Source of the DNA: a virus
Taxonomy: Duplodnaviria; Caudoviricetes
IMG/VR virus record: IMGVR_UViG_3300014913_000015
Location: 1-59,388 of that record
DNA length: 59,388 bases
Strand: one strand, 5' to 3'
The first letter of the stretch is position 1, and the number at the start of each line of letters is the position of its first letter. A program made the position numbers and the translations under genes. Below are positions 53,971 to 59,388 of the stretch, one piece after another. Under the pieces are notes generated by a model that saw only the letters and a program-made list of their open reading frames with translations, was not told the DNA's origin and made no database searches.

Positions 53971-54336
53971 CTATTGTTCTTTAAGTTTCATCAAGTCCTG
54001 TTCTATCTTATCTGCTATTTCCGCTTCTACTTCTCCCACAATAGCACGTATATGGTCTTCAAGTTCAGGGAAGACTCCTACAATGAGATCTTCTACTTCA
54101 AAAACAGGGAATTTAATATCCTTTTGATCTTTCATTAAGTATTCCTTCCAGCTTTTGGACCAAAAATAGATAGTTTCTACCCCCTCATCAGCGCCTCCGA
54201 CAGTATACGTAATGTCTGGGATATAGGGACGGAGAAGATTGGTAAGAATATCTCCAATTTTGTTAGCTTTTTCCTCTGCTTGCTTGACGGCTTGTGTGTA
54301 TTCCTTAACAAGTTGACAAAATTTTTTACCTTTCAT
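53971..54336 (-). CDS. hypothetical protein
   Basis: 121 aa; GGAGG RBS. Confidence 0.55.
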   Translation of the reverse strand: MKGKKFCQLVKEYTQAVKQAEEKANKIGDILTNLLRPYIPDITYTVGGADEGVETIYFWSKSWKEYLMKDQKDIKFPVFEVEDLIVGVFPELEDHIRAIVGEVEAEIADKIEQDLMKLKEQ

Positions 54337-54477
54337 TCATCTCCCTCCTCATAGTTTAAAGGATAACGTTTCTCTCAAAAAACATCAAGACCATCGCCAA
54401 GAAAAGAGGAGATATGCTACTGCCAGTCCGATTACGATTAATAAAAGTGATTCTTCCATTTCATTTTCATCTCCTTG

Positions 54478-54909
54478 TTATTCACTAAAATTAAAAGAAA
54501 GTTGTTTATTTTCCCTTTCTTCAAAAAAGTCTTTCAATTTCTTATATTCCTTCGCCCACCTCTCGTCATATTCTTTCCAGTTTATTCCCAGCTCTGTTGC
54601 AAGCAGACGTTCTATAACCGTAGCGATTGAGTGTTCTCTCCAGTAGGGGGCTTGGGGGTCATCTCCCGGTTCTCCTTCTTTGCCTGATTTGGCGTACTCC
54701 TTATCAAACTTACAGACTTCCTCATCTGTAATTCCTCTCCGGTAGCAGAGGTAGTATTCAACAAGTTCATGAATCATTACGAGAAATTCGTAATCTTCGT
54801 TACCTATTTTGAGGACATGAATCTCTCCTCCGTCTCCTCTGGGAATCCAATCTCCTACTGTTGGGTACCGTAATTCCTCTTTAGGAACTGTTCTTAGGAT
54901 AAACTTCAT
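54478..54909 (-). CDS. hypothetical protein with HExxE motif
   Basis: RYPTVGDW...IHELVE...EPGDDPQAPY.REH. Confidence 0.6.
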   Translation of the reverse strand: MKFILRTVPKEELRYPTVGDWIPRGDGGEIHVLKIGNEDYEFLVMIHELVEYYLCYRRGITDEEVCKFDKEYAKSGKEGEPGDDPQAPYWREHSIATVIERLLATELGINWKEYDERWAKEYKKLKDFFEERENKQLSFNFSE

Positions 54910-55438
54910 TTTGCATCCCTCCTTGCTGGAATAGAGGAAGAAAAAGTTTTTGATAAAGAAAAAGTGGTCTCTTGGATTTGCTTTCTCGTTGATTTAACCA
55001 AGTGGAAGTGAGTACCTTTATCGGTTTGTATCCCATAGCTCTCCAGAAAAGATTACTCTCAAGGTCAATAGCAACTCGCGCTTCCACTCCTTTCTTCCCT
55101 CTTCTTATTGCTTCTTCTTCTACTTTGGAAAGCATTAAAGTTGCACGGTACCATCGTCGGGCATCTTTCCTCACTACGATTTGGAATACCTTTGCCATCT
55201 CACCATAAAATGAGACGTAACAATAACCAGTTTGCTCTCCATTATCTTCAGTGATGTAGATTTTTGAGTATTTCCATCTGTCCCGTTGGTCTACCCTTCT
55301 TTTTTCCAGAACGGATAGGTAGGCTCCCTTTGGGATAAAACCTAAAGCGTGACCTTCCTCTTTACGAAGGGAATCAATAAAGGTAAAGTCACTGGGGATG
55401 CCTTCACGGAGAAGGGTTTCGTTATTTGCGTTTTTCAT
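54881..55438 (-). CDS. GNAT family acetyltransferase
   Basis: QIVVRKDARR and SNLFWRAMGY motifs. Confidence 0.7.
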   Translation of the reverse strand: MKNANNETLLREGIPSDFTFIDSLRKEEGHALGFIPKGAYLSVLEKRRVDQRDRWKYSKIYITEDNGEQTGYCYVSFYGEMAKVFQIVVRKDARRWYRATLMLSKVEEEAIRRGKKGVEARVAIDLESNLFWRAMGYKPIKVLTSTWLNQRESKSKRPLFLYQKLFLPLFQQGGMQNEVYPKNSS

Positions 55439-56199
55439 TGCTGTTCCTCCTTGAGAAGCTTCAATCTTTTTTTGGTCAAAAGTACATAATTTCTTGAAAT
55501 GTCAATTCCGATGAATTTCCTTCCAAGTATTTTCGCTGCAACACAGGTCGTTCCTGTTCCACAGAAAGGATCAAGGATGACATCGTCCTTGAAGGAGAAT
55601 AATTTGATAGCTCGATAAGGAAGCTCAAGAGGAAATGGTGCTGGGTGGTACTTTCTCATTTTCCTTTCTGGAGGAATTTTCCAAACATTGACTGTCCATT
55701 CGAGGAATTCATCGCGTGTAAGGTCGGTTTCGCCTTTATGAGTTAGTTTATATTGTTCTTTGTAAAGGACAAAGAGGAGGTCGATTCTGTCTCTTATATA
55801 GGGAGAAGAAGGGCTGCACCAAGATCCCCATGCTGTTTGTCTCTTTGATATTATTGTTCCTTTATCCCAGATAATAAGATCGCCATGTTTCCAGCCTATT
55901 TTTTCAGTTAGAAGGAGAAGAATATCTATCACTGAATAGGCTACGTATGAATTTTTAGACATTTTCAGATAGGAAGGGAGATCAATAAAAAGACGACCGC
56001 CTTTCTTTGTGATTCGATAGACTTCCTTGAAAACATCAGAAAGCATCTTCAAATATTTCTCGTAAGCCATCGCGTCATTGTGGATTGAATATGGCATGTC
56101 AACATTGAATGGTGGAGAAGTTACCGTAAGCGTAATCAGATCGTCAGGAAATGATTTCAAAACTTCTTCTGCTTTTCCACAATAAATTTGATTTAACAT
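55435..56199 (-). CDS. amino (N4-C/N6-A) DNA methyltransferase, beta class
   Basis: TSPPF before HPAPFP and LDPFCGTGTT; start probably ATG 56199, coupled to the polymerase stop. Confidence 0.88.
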   Translation of the reverse strand: MLNQIYCGKAEEVLKSFPDDLITLTVTSPPFNVDMPYSIHNDAMAYEKYLKMLSDVFKEVYRITKKGGRLFIDLPSYLKMSKNSYVAYSVIDILLLLTEKIGWKHGDLIIWDKGTIISKRQTAWGSWCSPSSPYIRDRIDLLFVLYKEQYKLTHKGETDLTRDEFLEWTVNVWKIPPERKMRKYHPAPFPLELPYRAIKLFSFKDDVILDPFCGTGTTCVAAKILGRKFIGIDISRNYVLLTKKRLKLLKEEQQ

Positions 56200-58610
56200 T
56201 ATGTCTTCTCCAGCTCTCCCCATCTTTCTCCAACTGAAAAATCTACCTTCAGTTGGACAGGCTTGAGCCATTCCTCCTGTGGGTTTTCAAGAATTTCCCT
56301 GATTAAGGGTAAAAGATCATCCATTTCTTCCTTCTTCATGAGGAAAAGGATTTCATCATGCACCTCAAGGATAGGATGACTTTTGACTTTTAACTCCATA
56401 AATTTTTCATGAACTCTTGATAAGCCGAGCAGGAGAAGGTCGGATGCGGCACTTTGAATGGGAAAATTGATTGCCTTGCGCTCAAAATCATAATCCCACC
56501 TGAAGGATCGATAGCGATCAAATGGGGTTTTTATTCTTTTTTCCTGCTTTGCTTTTGAAACAATATATTTAATCCAGCTTTGTAGTCTTCGATATTGAGT
56601 GAAGAAACTTTCGATGTATCGTTTCGCTTCCCTTTCAGAGATTTCCAATCGCTGCGCAAGACCTCTTGCGGTCATGCCATACATAACTCCAAATACTACC
56701 GTTTTCGCTTTTCTGCGTTTTTCTTCAAATTCTGGATCGCCTCCTTCTATTTTTTTGAGAAATTCCTCATAAGGGATTCCCTCAATTGTGGCTGCTGTAG
56801 CTGAATGAATGTCTTTTCCTTCCTCAAGAAGAGAGATCAGCTTAGGGTCTTTGGATAGAGCAGCAGCAACTCGCACTTCATGAAGAGAGAAATCTGCTGA
56901 GAGAAGCAGATATCCCTTTGGGGCATAGATCATATTCCGTATTTTGACTCCATGAAGTTCACCTTTATAGAGATTCTGGCAGTTTGGGTTTTGGGAGGCG
57001 GTCCTTCCAGATCGGGCAATGAAAAGGGTGAAGCTTGGATGGATTTTCCCGTTATGTATGGCTGGAAGATATTGTTCCCGTATGTGAGAGCTGAGTGTAC
57101 GAATTTTTCTGAGTTCAGCAATCCATTCAAAAACTGGATATTCCTTTCCTGCTTTCCGTAAGAATTCCTTATTCCAGGATTCCTTGTCGTTTTTGGTGCG
57201 GGGAACGGGAATTTTGCCTTCCTGAAGGAGAGGTGAACACAGTTTGCTCATGTGATTGTATGAAAAAGGATTAAAATCTTTTTGAGGGAAGAGCTCTCTA
57301 ACAATGGAATCAGAATTGATCTTTTCAAGAAGGGAGTTATATTCTTTTTGTAACTTTTTATAAGCCCATAAAAGGAAGTTACGGTCAGCAGGAGCGCCCC
57401 GATGTTCCATTGCAAGGAGAGCTTTTGTCGCTGGAATAAGGAGAAAGCGGTAAGGTCTCCAGTAAGTTCCTTCCTTTGTTAACTCGTCTTTGAATCTTAT
57501 GTAAAGGCGATGGGTCACGTCAGCATCGGCTGCGTTGTAAAGATAAAGTTCTTCTCCTTCTACTTTAAGAGGACCTCCTTTCTTCAGCACTTCGCGATCA
57601 TATCCTCCCATGTCTGTGTATTTGAAAGCGAGGGAGGAAAGGGAATGTTTTGCTATCTCGTCAATGAGATGATGCATAAGGATGGTATCTTCAATATTAC
57701 ATTTTATATCTTCAGGTTGAAGCCCAAGATCTTTTATTAACCAGCGGAGGTCGAATTTCAGATTGTGCCCGATAAGAGTTTGTTCTGAATTGGTCAATAG
57801 TTTTTTAATGATATCTCTTACTTGTTGCCACTTGTCTTGCCAGTAATTTTCATCCCACGGGATGACAACTGCTTGGTGGGAAGAAGGAGAGAGAGCTATG
57901 GAACGAATACGAGCTTCTTCTTCAAACTCATAAAGGCCAGAAGTTTCTACATCTATAGCGAGGACTGAAGTAAGATGAGTTTCTATCGTGGGGATGTCTT
58001 TCGCAATAGTATATTTCCCATATGAAGAGTTACGAGTTCGGTTAATATATTCCCAAGCAACTTTAATTGTTGTTCTGATGTGATCCCTAATTACGTCACT
58101 CCAGTTCCCTTTTCTAATAACAGCAGCAGGATGATAGGTAGCGAAAACAGGAATATGTTCAATCAGTTTTATCTTGGGAGTTTGGGGAATGAATGAAATA
58201 TCTTGAATTTTCTTCTTCCGCAGGAGAGCCATGCTCGCTACTTCGCCTAAGGTAATGATTACTTTAGGTTTTACAGTAACGATTTCATATAACAAGTAGG
58301 GGAGACAGTTTTTGACCATTTGCTGAGTTGGAGTAGTTTTGTAATAGCATTTTACAACATTCGTTATATAACAGTATTGGACTTTATCTCCGAGTATCTT
58401 CCGTAAAACATTTCCAGCAGGTCCGATGAAAGGCACTCCCTTTATGTCTTCCTTTGTCCCTGGGCATTGACCAACCAACATGATAGGCCCTTTTCCTTCA
58501 CCCCAGAGACAGCGATGTTCGAGTTTACTACGTTTCAGCTCCTCACAGAGCCTGCATTCAGGGTCTCTTTCTCTAATCTCTTCAGCTTTCTTCAAAGGAA
58601 ACCTCCTCAA
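56199..58610 (-). CDS. polA: family A DNA polymerase with N-terminal uracil-DNA glycosylase (family 4-like) domain
   Basis: UDG: GQCPG..ED..G.PFIGPAG, TNVVKC, TYHPAA; exonuclease: DVET, HNLKFD, YNAAD; polymerase: ADFS, RRKAKTVVFGVMYG, VHDE. Confidence 0.92.
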   Translation of the reverse strand: MRRFPLKKAEEIRERDPECRLCEELKRSKLEHRCLWGEGKGPIMLVGQCPGTKEDIKGVPFIGPAGNVLRKILGDKVQYCYITNVVKCYYKTTPTQQMVKNCLPYLLYEIVTVKPKVIITLGEVASMALLRKKKIQDISFIPQTPKIKLIEHIPVFATYHPAAVIRKGNWSDVIRDHIRTTIKVAWEYINRTRNSSYGKYTIAKDIPTIETHLTSVLAIDVETSGLYEFEEEARIRSIALSPSSHQAVVIPWDENYWQDKWQQVRDIIKKLLTNSEQTLIGHNLKFDLRWLIKDLGLQPEDIKCNIEDTILMHHLIDEIAKHSLSSLAFKYTDMGGYDREVLKKGGPLKVEGEELYLYNAADADVTHRLYIRFKDELTKEGTYWRPYRFLLIPATKALLAMEHRGAPADRNFLLWAYKKLQKEYNSLLEKINSDSIVRELFPQKDFNPFSYNHMSKLCSPLLQEGKIPVPRTKNDKESWNKEFLRKAGKEYPVFEWIAELRKIRTLSSHIREQYLPAIHNGKIHPSFTLFIARSGRTASQNPNCQNLYKGELHGVKIRNMIYAPKGYLLLSADFSLHEVRVAAALSKDPKLISLLEEGKDIHSATAATIEGIPYEEFLKKIEGGDPEFEEKRRKAKTVVFGVMYGMTARGLAQRLEISEREAKRYIESFFTQYRRLQSWIKYIVSKAKQEKRIKTPFDRYRSFRWDYDFERKAINFPIQSAASDLLLLGLSRVHEKFMELKVKSHPILEVHDEILFLMKKEEMDDLLPLIREILENPQEEWLKPVQLKVDFSVGERWGELEKT

Positions 58611-59388
58611 ATAGATTTTTCTCTGGATAAAAGTCTAATATGATATGCCCAGTTTCTCCATAGCGACAATTGTCAAGGATTAAAGTTGCGGGACCTTCAT
58701 AATCAGGTACCTTGATTCTATCAAAGTCCTCTTTTAAGGTTCTTCTTCTGTGCAGGACGAAGATGTAATCGGAGTTTGCCCGTATCATTCCACTGTCACG
58801 AAGGTCGGCAGAGGTAGGAGGATTGATTTCATCTGTCTTTTTTGTAACGTGGGCGACAAGAAAGATGGCGATAGATAGCTCTTCAGCAAGAAGTTTGAAC
58901 CGCTTTGTCACCATTGCGATTTCGGCAGGTAGGTGAGATGTGTCAGAGAGGAGGAAATGGAGATTGTCGAAAACGACAACCTTAATTCCGTAGCGTTTTA
59001 CAGATTCTTTGATCAATTCAAAGACTTCATTTGGTTTTCCTGCACCTGCTGAAGAATCAACAATATAAATAAGAGGGTCATCTTCTTTAACCTGCAATCC
59101 TTGCATAGGGTCTTCAACGTAAACGTCTTTTAGCCATGCAGAGATGAATTTAGGAATGAGACGCCGCTTTTTCATTTCAAGACAATAGAAAAGGACTGGA
59201 ATACCTGATTGGGCAAGGTAGCAGCTCCACTGAACAAGTAAACTCGTCTTACCGCTTTTGGGAAATCCACTTATTATTACAAGATCTCCTTCCGTGATTC
59301 CTTTCCCTTTTCGGAGAATTCTATTCATTCCCTCCCAAGGTGTGAACACCTGAAAGACGATAGGCTCCGTTTGCTGTTCTTCATACAA
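58582..59388 (-). CDS. dnaB: DnaB-like (SF4) replicative helicase, 5' end outside the window
   Basis: GFPKSGKT, CLEM, FDNLH, VAHV, DLRDSG..ANSD, RYG motifs. Confidence 0.85.
   Translation of the reverse strand: MYEEQQTEPIVFQVFTPWEGMNRILRKGKGITEGDLVIISGFPKSGKTSLLVQWSCYLAQSGIPVLFYCLEMKKRRLIPKFISAWLKDVYVEDPMQGLQVKEDDPLIYIVDSSAGAGKPNEVFELIKESVKRYGIKVVVFDNLHFLLSDTSHLPAEIAMVTKRFKLLAEELSIAIFLVAHVTKKTDEINPPTSADLRDSGMIRANSDYIFVLHRRRTLKEDFDRIKVPDYEGPATLILDNCRYGETGHIILDFYPEKNLFEEVSFEES

Noticed and set aside
1-59388. Genome-wide stop-codon recoding (TAG readthrough)
   Set aside because: Standard-code ORFs tile the window densely and many genes end in TAG with the next gene right after; only one internal TAG (44069) was found
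1-59388. tRNA or other structured ncRNA genes; host assignment
   Set aside because: Intergenic gaps are short and no cloverleaf was recognised by eye (tRNAscan/Infernal needed); the Glu/Lys-rich proteome hints at a thermophilic host but cannot be established from the sequence alone

Overview
This window is most of a tailed dsDNA bacteriophage genome, probably podovirus-like. It has two convergent arms that meet at about 32,256-32,272. The + strand (1-32.3 kb) is the virion and lysis arm: portal, scaffold, SU10/DUF5309-type major capsid, adaptor, nozzle/stabilisation protein, tail fibres, a run of probable ejection proteins ending in a 2223-aa giant, a protease and an M15 endolysin. The - strand (32.3-59.4 kb) is the replication and metabolism arm: DnaB helicase (cut by the window edge), UDG-PolA fusion, DNA methylase, primase-like protein, sigma factor, SSB, ThyX, NrdJ, RecA, Mre11/Rad50 and a tyrosine recombinase. 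I recognised no terminase, tRNA, rRNA or CRISPR array. The most notable observations are: (1) a GGDEF diguanylate-cyclase domain without an I-site inside the giant virion protein; (2) an unannotated 32-aa ORF resembling ribosomal protein bS22/mS38; (3) an acyl carrier protein whose phosphopantetheine Ser is replaced by Trp; (4) a PurD-like ATP-grasp ligase interrupted by a Gln-terminated intein, near an AdoMetDC-like gene and a GNAT inside the structural operon; (5) a Leu/Glu/Phe/Val dehydrogenase; and (6) several small ORFs below the ORF-track cut-off, including one interrupted by an amber codon and one orphan zinc finger. All family assignments come from motif recognition by eye; no database searches were run.
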